Shown here piece after piece: positions 7,609-16,157 of a stretch of 31,087 nt of DNA (positions are counted from its first letter, which is position 1; each line of letters opens with the position of its first letter). Source of the stretch: a virus. Taxonomy: Duplodnaviria > Caudoviricetes. The notes below the pieces were generated by a model. The model searched no databases and had not been told where the DNA came from. It was given only the letters and a program-made list of their open reading frames with translations. The position numbers and the translations under genes are program-made. The stretch covers positions 1 to 31,087 of the IMG/VR virus record IMGVR_UViG_3300028586_000059; one strand, 5' to 3'.

Positions 7609-8061
7609 TTAAAGTCGACCAGTCAGCATTCGACCAGGTTGATATACCACGCGGCCAACGATGCTCAGCCACCCGCTTCTCGCATTCAAGGGCTTGAAGT
7701 CTTCATTCAGGAAATTGAGATACCACTGGCCACCGCGCCGCCGCAGCTGTGTAATGCACGCTTCGCCATCCCAGTTCACTGCATATAGCTCGCGATCGCG
7801 GCGCGTAGTGTCAGAGGTGTTGATCACGATCCAGTCGTCCTCGAACATCAAAGGCTCCAGGCCTCGGTCGCGCACCTGAAGCGCAAGAAGATCCGCGCGC
7901 CCTGCGCCAAGTTGCTGGAAATCGCCCGATGGAATTGGCAGCGGGACGCTGGCGGACATATCGGCCTCGGCTTCAAATCTCTCGACGCCGGCACGTAGTC
8001 GCAGTTTGACTCTCCGAACCAGTTCGAAGTCTGGCACTAGCCCTACATGCAGCGGCTTCAC
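7609..8061 (-). CDS. Stand-alone S24 (LexA/CI C-terminal) domain, predicted inactive
   Basis: LRAG...ALQVRDRGLEPLMFEDDWIVINTSD...LYAVNWDGEACITQL...IVGRVV; no HTH; catalytic Ser and Lys positions replaced. Confidence 0.8.
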   Translation of the reverse strand: MKPLHVGLVPDFELVRRVKLRLRAGVERFEAEADMSASVPLPIPSGDFQQLGAGRADLLALQVRDRGLEPLMFEDDWIVINTSDTTRRDRELYAVNWDGEACITQLRRRGGQWYLNFLNEDFKPLNARSGWLSIVGRVVYQPGRMLTGRL

Positions 8062-8735
8062 ACGCTTGGGCGGAAGGCTGATTTCGGGATGTGTCCTAGC
8101 ACCAGGTGCAACGCAGTGATTTCCTCAAGGTCCACAACGATGTTCTGGAAGTCTTTGTTCACGGACTCGAAGCACGCCTGATCGTCCCTTTGCCAGAGCA
8201 GTCGCTTTATCATCCGTCGCCCGTCGCTCAGAAGGACGATTACTTCGTCACTCGGATACACATCTGCACATGGGTCAACCCCGACAAACTCTCCGGGCAG
8301 ATACCGTGGACTCATGCTCTCGCCGCGCACACGCAGCGCATACGCCTCCACGCAGGAGGTGAACCAAACCACGTACCCCTCTGGCTGCTCAGGCGGGAAA
8401 TCGTCGATGTGTAGCAATCCATCCTCGCCCGCTTGGACCCGGCCGGCTACAGGCAATAGTCGCGGTGTTCCGATAATTGCGGGCGCGTCCTCCACGTCAG
8501 AGGTGGCTTCTACTGCAACAGGCCGGTATTTGGGGAGCTTCCCGTCCGTGAGCCAGTCCAGGCTGAACTGGGTGCGGGCGAAGGCCTTTAGTGGTTTCGG
8601 CCCGAGCCTGGTTGTTCCCGAGAACCATTGCGCTACAAGCCCTTGCGATACGTTGCAAAAAGTCGCGAGCTCGACACTGCTCTTGAGTCCCAGCTCTGCC
8701 ATTACTTGTTTAAGTCGTGTTGCCAGATCATCCAT
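8058..8735 (-). CDS. cI: CI-like repressor (HTH plus S24 autoprotease)
   Basis: N-terminal HTH (SSVELATFCNVSQGLVAQWFSG), AG cleavage site (VQAG), RVRGESMSP and MIKRL catalytic motifs. Confidence 0.93.
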   Translation of the reverse strand: MDDLATRLKQVMAELGLKSSVELATFCNVSQGLVAQWFSGTTRLGPKPLKAFARTQFSLDWLTDGKLPKYRPVAVEATSDVEDAPAIIGTPRLLPVAGRVQAGEDGLLHIDDFPPEQPEGYVVWFTSCVEAYALRVRGESMSPRYLPGEFVGVDPCADVYPSDEVIVLLSDGRRMIKRLLWQRDDQACFESVNKDFQNIVVDLEEITALHLVLGHIPKSAFRPSV

Positions 8736-8736
8736 G

Positions 8737-8799
8737 TTTAGCACTCTAAATGTTTTTCGCTTTAGCGTGCTTGCATGTTTAACTTTAGTAAGCTAAAGT
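8737..8799. promoter_or_regulatory. OR operators with PR and PRM
   Basis: TTTAGCACTCTAAA (8737-8750), TTTAGCGTGCTTGC (8761-8774), TTTAGTAAGCTAAA (8784-8797), spaced 24 and 23 bp; PR TTGCAT-17-TAAAGT; PRM -10 TAGAGT on minus strand. Confidence 0.85.
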
Positions 8800-8805
8800 A
8801 TTGTC

Positions 8806-9105
8806 ATGGACAAGAAACCGACGCCTGACGAGATCATTGATGCCTTGGGCGGGACATCAAAAGTTGCAGAGCTCAGCGATGTGACCGATTCCGCCGTATC
8901 GCAGTGGAGGATCAATGGCATCCCGAAGCATCAGCTGAAATTTCTCCGCCTTGCGCGACCAGAGATATTTACCGCGCTCGGTATTGGCGATGTAACTCCG
9001 CAGCGCCGGTCGACTGACAAATCTCCGGCATCTATCCGCGCAGCGCGAAGCCTACCTACTGCCGAGACGGTGCTGAGTTGTGGCGCGCCAGCGCCTCCTG
9101 CGTAA
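8806..9105 (+). CDS. cro: Cro-like repressor
   Basis: IIDALGGTSKVAELSDVTDSAVSQWRINGIP HTH; divergent from cI. Confidence 0.88.
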   Translation: MDKKPTPDEIIDALGGTSKVAELSDVTDSAVSQWRINGIPKHQLKFLRLARPEIFTALGIGDVTPQRRSTDKSPASIRAARSLPTAETVLSCGAPAPPA

Positions 9106-9162
9106 GTCGTGACTGCATAACGTTTTACCCATTCCTGTAACCCGCAACACTAGGAGAAACCC

Positions 9163-9447
9163 ATGAACAACCCGAACGCCAAGACCATCTCGGTCAAAGG
9201 TTACCTTTCGCCGGACGTCTATCTGGCCAACAAGGCCGTTTTCGATCCGGTCGGCCTGTCGATGAGCGCTGCGATTGGCCTGGGCCTTCAGCAGTTGGCA
9301 GCTTCGATCCGCGAACTTGACCCTGCACATCGTACCCGTAGGGAGGCCGCAGGTCGTATGCCCAAAACGGGCCTGCAACGGACCTGGCCGCAGTCGAGCG
9401 CGCGCCGGGCACGCGGCGGCGCACCGAAACCTTTCATGCGGGTTTAA
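9163..9447 (+). CDS. Hypothetical regulator in the cII position
   Basis: AGGAG RBS; N-terminus could be ribbon-helix-helix-like (inference). Confidence 0.6.
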   Translation: MNNPNAKTISVKGYLSPDVYLANKAVFDPVGLSMSAAIGLGLQQLAASIRELDPAHRTRREAAGRMPKTGLQRTWPQSSARRARGGAPKPFMRV

Positions 9448-9498
9448 AGGGTTTCGGGTGCTAGGTGTATCGAAAAGTAAATAAAGAGAGGGGCCGAG

Positions 9499-9687
9499 AT
9501 GGACGATCAGAAGGAGAAAGACAAGGTGCTGGCCAAAGCGAGTAAGTGGGTATCGAGCCGACGCGCCAAGGCTGTCGCTAAGGGGCCAGACAAGGAGCGT
9601 GCGCAGTCTCGCCACCATCAGGACGGAAACGAGCTGGCGGAGGCCGTGGAAAAGCTGGAGAAGAGCTTTCTGCAAGGGTCGACGTAA
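9499..9687 (+). CDS. Small basic hypothetical protein
   Basis: 62 aa with GAGG RBS. Confidence 0.55.
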   Translation: MDDQKEKDKVLAKASKWVSSRRAKAVAKGPDKERAQSRHHQDGNELAEAVEKLEKSFLQGST

Positions 9688-9742
9688 GCAGCACCCAGAC
9701 GGCGGGATGGCGCCGTCACCAACATCACATCAGGGAGCGGAA

Positions 9743-9946
9743 TTGACAAACGTACCAAAGCTGTTGGACACGCTGCGCGAGCGCTTCCAGATCAAGAGCG
9801 ACGCGGCGCTGGCGCGTGAGTTGGAAGTCTCGCCAGCTCAAATCAGCAAGATGCGCGCCGGATCGGCCTTAGGCCCGTCGACGATCTTGAGCATTCACGA
9901 GCACCTGGGCGTACCGGTGAAAGAAATTCGCGAGTTGGCGCAGTAA
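9743..9946 (+). CDS. Small XRE/Cro-like HTH protein
   Basis: KSDAALARELEVSPAQISKMRAG; probable TTG start after GGAG. Confidence 0.8.
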   Translation: MTNVPKLLDTLRERFQIKSDAALARELEVSPAQISKMRAGSALGPSTILSIHEHLGVPVKEIRELAQ

Positions 9947-10035
9947 AGAGAAGTCCAGCGAAGGATCGCTGAACGGCAGAAATGGAAAAGCCCGGGTACG
10001 ACCGGGCTTTGATGAAGCAACTACTTGGAGAACGC

Positions 10036-10287
10036 ATGTTAGCACAATCAAATATCACGCCGGTGCACGCCGGTGAAGACCAGTCTTCGACTGCGTGCTT
10101 CGCACCTGTGCAAGGATACTCGGTCAACCAGGTCGAAACCGACGCCCAGTCGCTGGTAGAGCTTGTCATCGACAACGACTGGCTGCGCGCTGGTGACGTT
10201 GTGTACGTCACCACCACCAGCCGTATCGTGCTCACCGATTCCGACCTGAATGCGGCCGCTCGCGCCGTGATCGGCGGTGCTTCATGA
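10036..10287 (+). CDS. Hypothetical protein
   Basis: GGAG RBS before ATG 10036; ATGA overlap with next gene. Confidence 0.6.
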   Translation: MLAQSNITPVHAGEDQSSTACFAPVQGYSVNQVETDAQSLVELVIDNDWLRAGDVVYVTTTSRIVLTDSDLNAAARAVIGGAS

Positions 10288-10799
10288 GTGTCATTGTCGG
10301 ATTCAGCGCAATGGAGTTCGCACGGCGGGTGCACCAAGGTCAGCAACGCAAATACACCGGCTGCCCGTACTCTGACCACCTGGCCGAGGTCGCTGGCATC
10401 GTAGCAGCTGCGGGCGCGCGCGATGATGCCTGGCTCGATACCGTTGTAGCAGTCGCTTGGCTTCACGACTGCGTCGAAGATCAGGGCGTGACGAAGGTTG
10501 ACCTTATAACGCGCTTCGGGCTGACGGTCGCCCACGGCGTAATGCTCCTTTCCGATCTTGAGGAAGGAAATCGGGCGGCGCGCAAGGCGGCATCGCGAGC
10601 GCGCCTCGCTACGGCGCCAGGCTGGGTTCAGACCATCAAAGTGGCCGATCTGATCAGTAATACCTCCTCGATCGTGCAACACGATCCGAAATTTGCGCGC
10701 ACCTACGTCGAAGAAAAGCGGCTGATGCTTGAAGTTTTGGTCGACGCCGACCAGCGACTGGTGGAATTGGCGCGCCGTCAGATTGGTGGTTCAGTATGA
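10284..10799 (+). CDS. HD-domain hydrolase, RelA/SpoT/Mesh1-like (small alarmone hydrolase type)
   Basis: HQGQQRKYTGCPYSDHL, AWLHDCVED, IKVADLISN match the RSH hydrolase motif order. Confidence 0.85.
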   Translation: MSVIVGFSAMEFARRVHQGQQRKYTGCPYSDHLAEVAGIVAAAGARDDAWLDTVVAVAWLHDCVEDQGVTKVDLITRFGLTVAHGVMLLSDLEEGNRAARKAASRARLATAPGWVQTIKVADLISNTSSIVQHDPKFARTYVEEKRLMLEVLVDADQRLVELARRQIGGSV

Positions 10800-11479
10800 A
10801 CAAGCACGCCAACCTGCGCCTTGCGGCGAAGCTGCTGCCGCTGATTGTGCCGTTCATGGCCAAGGATGATATCCGTTACTACCTGAACGGAATCAACGTA
10901 CGCCCGCACAAGGGTGGCGGTGCCATCATCGTTGCTACGAATGGTCACACCTTGGGCGCCATCCGTGATCCTCGCGCTACCTGCGACCACGAAGTCATTC
11001 TTCGCTTTGACACGCGTATGCAACAAGCCTGCGCAGCCGGCCTCAGTGATGATCGCGAAATCGTCATGATCGGCGATCGCCTTGCCGTCGTCGACAATGC
11101 GGGCCGCGAGATCTACATCCAGGCTGGTGTACCAGAGATCGAGGGTAACTTCCCTCGCTACGAGCGCGTCATTCCCAAGCTGGAAACGCTGCAGCCTGGA
11201 CTCATCGGAACGTACAGCGCCACTGTGCTCGCACCCGTTGAGAATGCCGCATTGGTGATCGCCAAGCGAAGCCGGGGAAGTTACAGCGGAATGCAGTTCT
11301 TCAACGTCAACGGCGACGCAAACTCGTGCGCGGTAGTTCGCCTTCCTGTCGAGCCGGAATTTCTGGCCGTGCTCATGCCAATGCGCGATGACGTTCTCAA
11401 AGCAGCCACTCCGGAGTGGGTATCTGAACTCCATGCCGCAGTCGACGCCGCTGCCAACCAATCCCGGAGCGCAGCATGA
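10796..11479 (+). CDS. Phage beta-sliding-clamp-like protein (truncated DnaN homologue)
   Basis: DDIRYYLNGI, IVATNGHTL, IEGNFPRYERVIP, VLMPMR parallel DnaN central and C-terminal motifs. Confidence 0.8.
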   Translation: MNKHANLRLAAKLLPLIVPFMAKDDIRYYLNGINVRPHKGGGAIIVATNGHTLGAIRDPRATCDHEVILRFDTRMQQACAAGLSDDREIVMIGDRLAVVDNAGREIYIQAGVPEIEGNFPRYERVIPKLETLQPGLIGTYSATVLAPVENAALVIAKRSRGSYSGMQFFNVNGDANSCAVVRLPVEPEFLAVLMPMRDDVLKAATPEWVSELHAAVDAAANQSRSAA

Positions 11480-11925
11480 CACGCGCCAGCTACGTCACCC
11501 CTGGCCAGACCGCCGCGCGCATCGACAACCTGCGCCGCCTGGTGGCTGAACTTATGATCCACCCATTGCGGCGCGACGAGATCGCGAACCTGCTGCAAAT
11601 GGGCCCGTCCGGCGTGCGCAAGTACCTGGTCGATCTCGGCGGCCGGGTCACGACTGCCCGCAGCGACGATGGCTTGATGTGTTTCCTCGCCATCACGACT
11701 GAGCAGGCCCAGGCATATCTTGCTCAACTCGCTACGGCACCGGTGGCACGGCCAACCGGCGTGCCGAAGTGCCCGAGCGATATCGCCAAGATCGGGGCCG
11801 GCCGCCTCGTACATATCATGGAAGACGACGTGCACTACTCGGTGCGCCTGCACTCGGCGGCGCCCGCGCGCGACCCGCTGGTAGCTGCGCTGTTCGGCAC
11901 ACGTGATCCGGAGGTGCGGGCATGA
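11476..11925 (+). CDS. Hypothetical winged-HTH protein
   Basis: RRDEIANLLQMGPSGVRKYLVDL helix-turn-helix pattern; coupled overlaps. Confidence 0.65.
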   Translation: MTRASYVTPGQTAARIDNLRRLVAELMIHPLRRDEIANLLQMGPSGVRKYLVDLGGRVTTARSDDGLMCFLAITTEQAQAYLAQLATAPVARPTGVPKCPSDIAKIGAGRLVHIMEDDVHYSVRLHSAAPARDPLVAALFGTRDPEVRA

Positions 11926-12338
11926 CTGAGCATAGTAACTTCCGCCAGCCGACGCGCGGCACCGCGGCCTTTGCTGCAGGCGAGCACCTGTACAAACATG
12001 GCCCGATGAAGGAACAAGACCTTGAGGCTGCCCTGGATGCCATCGGTGAGGCGAAGCTCAAGGGCGATGCACTGCAGCGCGCGCTGCGCACCGGCTGGCT
12101 GACCGTGCAGCAGGATGGCCGCATTGCCGTCAGCCTGTACGCCCGAATCTCCTACGACCGGCTGGCCGGCATCGTGCATGTCAAGCACGTTGGTCAGGTC
12201 GCAGCGCCGCGTCAGCAACCAGACATCTTCACTCGCCCGGCGCTGAGCAAGAAGTACATCCCGAACTCCCGCGGCATCCGCCAAGACATCCCGGCGTGGT
12301 CGGTCCGATACGGACAGTCTTTTTACACGAAAGCGTAA
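11922..12338 (+). CDS. Hypothetical phage protein
   Basis: ATGA coupled, GGAGG RBS. Confidence 0.7.
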   Translation: MTEHSNFRQPTRGTAAFAAGEHLYKHGPMKEQDLEAALDAIGEAKLKGDALQRALRTGWLTVQQDGRIAVSLYARISYDRLAGIVHVKHVGQVAAPRQQPDIFTRPALSKKYIPNSRGIRQDIPAWSVRYGQSFYTKA

Positions 12339-12370
12339 CTCCGATGACTATTGTTTTTTGCGTTTGCAAA

Positions 12371-12991
12371 TCATCGATGGCGAAGTTGATTAATTTCATC
12401 TTGGCAAAGATTTCCCACCTGCGCCGACAACGACAGAATCTCATTCAGAAGGTCCTCAACCAAGGTGTGCGACGGCCCCTGTGTATTCCTCATGTCATTC
12501 AGATGAACGTTTTGGGTTTCCAACGTAACGCCGAGGCGCTTCATCGCCTGTGGGAGGTTCGTGCAAAAGATGGCGAGTTCGGCGCGTGGCAATTCGAAGA
12601 CAGGAAGGCTTCGAATGGCGGCCTCGCAGTCTTTGAGAAAGGACAGCGTGTCGACTGTCGTGCCAGCGAAGTAAAAGTCGTCGCGCTGTCGATTAATGGC
12701 TTGGGCAATTGTATTCACATTTGCCATCAAAGCCCGGATAGCTTGAAGTCGGCGGACGTCATCACTATCGCGCCGAATCTGCTCAAGCAAAACGTTATCA
12801 GCATGCTGGCGATTGGTGATCAAGAAAGCCGCGATGATGGCTGCCGTCGAACCAACTGCTTGAACCCAAGCAGGCCAGTCGAATCGCTCCGGAGCGATGT
12901 ACAGCCGCGCAACAATAAGGACAGCTACTGCGGAGAGCCCAAGAAAAAGGAAAGGCCAAGCTCGTTTGAGGACTTGAGTCATGATTTTCAT
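12371..12991 (-). CDS. Inverted moron, membrane-anchored hypothetical protein
   Basis: Two N-terminal hydrophobic segments with DWPAWVQAVGS, helical C-terminus; AT-richer than flanks. Confidence 0.75.
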   Translation of the reverse strand: MKIMTQVLKRAWPFLFLGLSAVAVLIVARLYIAPERFDWPAWVQAVGSTAAIIAAFLITNRQHADNVLLEQIRRDSDDVRRLQAIRALMANVNTIAQAINRQRDDFYFAGTTVDTLSFLKDCEAAIRSLPVFELPRAELAIFCTNLPQAMKRLGVTLETQNVHLNDMRNTQGPSHTLVEDLLNEILSLSAQVGNLCQDEINQLRHR

Positions 12992-13005
12992 CAGGCAATC
13001 CTAGC

Positions 13006-13539
13006 ATGATGCGCCGTTCACCCCTCAAGCAGGGCAAGCCCCTTCAGCGTAAGTCGCCCATGGTGCGTGGTAACGGGTTTAAGACGCCAGCCGCTGGCGC
13101 TGGCCTGCTGCGCGTCGCTACAGTGCAGACGAAGGCCCGGGCCCGCGAGCCGAAGCTGCCGAAGCCTATGGCCTCGCGCGGGATGAAGGGACGCCCACCG
13201 ACCGCCGACGAAGCGCGGTTCATGAGCGCGATCGCCGACCTGGGCTGTGTGGCATGCCGTCACGACGGCTGGAGCAACCCTGACGTCAGCGTGCACCACA
13301 TCGACGGCCGCACGAAGCCGGGCGCGCACCTGCTGGTTCTGCCGCTGTGCGCTGGCCATCACCAGGACGGCACCGGCACGAACCCGACGCTGATCGCGGT
13401 CCATCCATACAAAGCGCGCTTCGAAGCCCGCTACGGCGCCCAGCTGGCGCTGCTGGCCCAATGCATGGCCATGCTCACAAATAACGAAGCCGCGACGGTT
13501 GCACCCGACGCGGCCTCTGAACAAATCACAGTGGAGTAA
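13006..13539 (+). CDS. ref: Ref-family RecA-dependent HNH nuclease
   Basis: Basic N-terminus, GCVAC...HHIDGRTKPGAH...LPLCAGHH. Confidence 0.85.
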   Translation: MMRRSPLKQGKPLQRKSPMVRGNGFKTPAAGAGLLRVATVQTKARAREPKLPKPMASRGMKGRPPTADEARFMSAIADLGCVACRHDGWSNPDVSVHHIDGRTKPGAHLLVLPLCAGHHQDGTGTNPTLIAVHPYKARFEARYGAQLALLAQCMAMLTNNEAATVAPDAASEQITVE

Positions 13540-13541
13540 TT

Positions 13542-16157
13542 ATGTCTGCCAATATTTTAAGCGATTACAACGACTTCCTTCGCGCCAAGATCAAGCTGGC
13601 GCAGCGCAAGGGCTTCGACGTGCCCCTCGATCAGATCAATCCAGGCCTCAAGCCGCACACCCGCGACATTGTGCGCTGGGCGCTGCAGGGTGGCCAGCGC
13701 GCGGTCTTCGCCTCGTTCGGCCTGCACAAGACGAGCACGAACCTCGAGGTGATGCGCCAGATCGGCATCCACCGGCCATGCCTGCGCCTGATCGTCCTGC
13801 CACTGGGCGTGCGCCAGGAATTCACTCGAGAGGTGGCGAAGCGTTTCACCGGCGACTGCGCGGTCGACCTGCGCTTCATCCGCACCGATGCAGAGATCGA
13901 CGGCATTGATACGGTCTACATGACGAACTACGAGAGCGTGCGCGACGGGAAGATCGACGTCACCCGCTTCGGCGCCGCGTCGCTCGACGAGGCGAGCATC
14001 CTGCGCAGCTACGGCAGCAAGACCTATCAGGAGTTCCTGCCGCTGTTCGACCGGGTCGAGTTCAAGTTCGTCTACACGGCCACGCCAAGCCCGAACCGCT
14101 TCAAGGAACTGATCCACTACGCGGGTTTCCTGGGCGTGATGGACACTGGCCAGGCGCTGACACGTTTCTTCCAGCGCGACAGTGAAAAGGCCGGCAACCT
14201 GACCCTGTACCCGCACAAGGAAACCGAGTTCTGGCTGTGGGTGGCCAGCTGGGCATGCTTCATCCGGCGCCCGAGCGATTTGGGTCATTCGGACGAAGGC
14301 TACGACCTGCCGCCGCTTGATGTGCACTATCACGAGGTGCCGAGCGACTACGACGCCGCCGGCGCCGAGCGGAACGGCCAGGGCCTGCTGATCCCGAATG
14401 TCGCGATGGGATTATCGGCCGCCGCCGGCGAGAAGCGGCAGAGCATGGCCGCGCGCGTTGCCAAGGTCGCCGAGATCGTCGCGGCGGATCCGGACGACCA
14501 CTTCGTCATCTGGCACGACCTCGAGGACGAGCGCCATTCCATCCAGGCGGCGCTGCCTGGCGCCGTGAGCGTTTGGGGCACGCAGGATCTGGACGAGCGC
14601 GAGCAGCGCATCGCCGACTTCAGTGACGGCAAGTTCCCGATCCTGTCGACCAAGCCGATCATCGCCGGCTCGGGCTGCAACTTCCAGGTGCACTGCCACC
14701 GCGCGATCTTCGCTGGCATCGGCTTCAAGTTCAACGACTTCATCCAGGCAATTCACCGCATCCAGCGCTTCCAGCAGACCAGCCCAGTCCGGATCGACAT
14801 CATCCACACCGAGGTGGAGCGCGCCGTACTGGCTGAGCTGCAAGAGAAGTGGCGCCGGCACGACGAGATGCAGGACACGATGGGCGAGATCATTCGCACC
14901 TACGGGCTGGATCAGCTGTCGATGCAGGACAGCCTGGCGCGCACGATCGGCGTCGAGCGGCATGTCGTCGCCGGTGAGCGGTTCAGCGTGGCCAACAACG
15001 ACTGCGTGCTGGAAGCGCTCGAGCAGCCGGAGAACTCGGTCGGCCTGATCGTCACCAGCGTCCCGTTCGCGAACCACTACGAATACACGCCGAGCTACAA
15101 CGACTTTGGCCACACCCAGGACAACAACCACTTCTGGGAGCAGATGGACTTCCTGACACCGCAGCTGCTCCGGATCCTGCAGCCGGGCCGCATCTACGCC
15201 TGCCACGTGAAGGACCGGATCAACTTCGGCAACGTGACCGGCACCGGCATCCCGACGGTTAGCCCGTTCCATGCGGAGGCGCTGTTTCACGGCATGAAGC
15301 ACGGCTTTGACTACCTGGGCATGATCACCGTGGTTACCGACGTCGTGCGCGAGAACAATCAGACCTACCGGCTAGGCTATTCCGAGGTGTGCAAGGACGG
15401 CACGAAGATGGGCGTCGGCTCGCCAGAGTACATCCTGCTGTTTCACAAGCCGCAGAGCGATCGCAGCCGCGGCTATGCCGACATCCCGGTGACCAAGTTC
15501 AAGCCGCTGTGCCAGACCGATGACGGTGAGCAGGTAGCCTTCGACCGTAAGTTGCCGCCTGTGCCGGGTACCGGCTACAGCGTCGCGCGCTGGCAGGTTG
15601 ACGCCCACGCATTCTGGCGCTCGAGCGGCGACCGGCTGCTGGCCGCCGAGGAGCTGGCCATCTACGGTCCGGCAAAGCTGGCCAAGATGTTCACCCAGCT
15701 GTCGATGACCAATGTCTACGATTACGAATACCACGTGAGGGTGGGCGAGGCCATGCTGGCGAATCGTTCGCTGCCGGCCGACTACCTCAGCCTGGCGCCG
15801 GGCAGCGGCGATCCGATGGTGTGGCACGACATCGTGCGCATGCGCACCCTGAACGGCGACCAGTCGGCGCGCGCCGTCGAGAAGCATGTCTGCCCGTTCC
15901 AGATCGATATCGTTGACCGCCTGATCAACCGCTACAGCAACCCGGGCGACGTCGTCTACGACCCATTCTGCGGCCTGGGCACGGTACCGGTGCGCGCGAT
16001 GAAGCTGGGCCGCCGCGGCGCCGGCTCGGAACTGAACCCAGCGTATTTCAATGACCAGGTGCACTACTGCCGCGCGATGGAGCGCGAGGTCAGCATGCCA
16101 ACACTGTTCGACCTCGAGGCGGTCGACGCCGAACAGCCGGCGCGGGAGGCAGCATGA
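13542..16157 (+). CDS. SNF2-like helicase fused to N4/N6 DNA methyltransferase
   Basis: GLHKTS, LDEAS, TATPSPN, QAIHRIQRFQQ helicase motifs; TSVPF and VYDPFCGLGT methyltransferase motifs in beta-class order. Confidence 0.9.
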   Translation: MSANILSDYNDFLRAKIKLAQRKGFDVPLDQINPGLKPHTRDIVRWALQGGQRAVFASFGLHKTSTNLEVMRQIGIHRPCLRLIVLPLGVRQEFTREVAKRFTGDCAVDLRFIRTDAEIDGIDTVYMTNYESVRDGKIDVTRFGAASLDEASILRSYGSKTYQEFLPLFDRVEFKFVYTATPSPNRFKELIHYAGFLGVMDTGQALTRFFQRDSEKAGNLTLYPHKETEFWLWVASWACFIRRPSDLGHSDEGYDLPPLDVHYHEVPSDYDAAGAERNGQGLLIPNVAMGLSAAAGEKRQSMAARVAKVAEIVAADPDDHFVIWHDLEDERHSIQAALPGAVSVWGTQDLDEREQRIADFSDGKFPILSTKPIIAGSGCNFQVHCHRAIFAGIGFKFNDFIQAIHRIQRFQQTSPVRIDIIHTEVERAVLAELQEKWRRHDEMQDTMGEIIRTYGLDQLSMQDSLARTIGVERHVVAGERFSVANNDCVLEALEQPENSVGLIVTSVPFANHYEYTPSYNDFGHTQDNNHFWEQMDFLTPQLLRILQPGRIYACHVKDRINFGNVTGTGIPTVSPFHAEALFHGMKHGFDYLGMITVVTDVVRENNQTYRLGYSEVCKDGTKMGVGSPEYILLFHKPQSDRSRGYADIPVTKFKPLCQTDDGEQVAFDRKLPPVPGTGYSVARWQVDAHAFWRSSGDRLLAAEELAIYGPAKLAKMFTQLSMTNVYDYEYHVRVGEAMLANRSLPADYLSLAPGSGDPMVWHDIVRMRTLNGDQSARAVEKHVCPFQIDIVDRLINRYSNPGDVVYDPFCGLGTVPVRAMKLGRRGAGSELNPAYFNDQVHYCRAMEREVSMPTLFDLEAVDAEQPAREAA

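Noticed and set aside
8998-9018. PQRRSTD in the Cro tail as a c-di-GMP-binding motif
   Set aside because: Too short to support; could be chance in a low-complexity tail
12296-13009. 237 aa plus-strand ORF
   Set aside because: Shadow of the minus-strand membrane protein, which has a far more protein-like pattern
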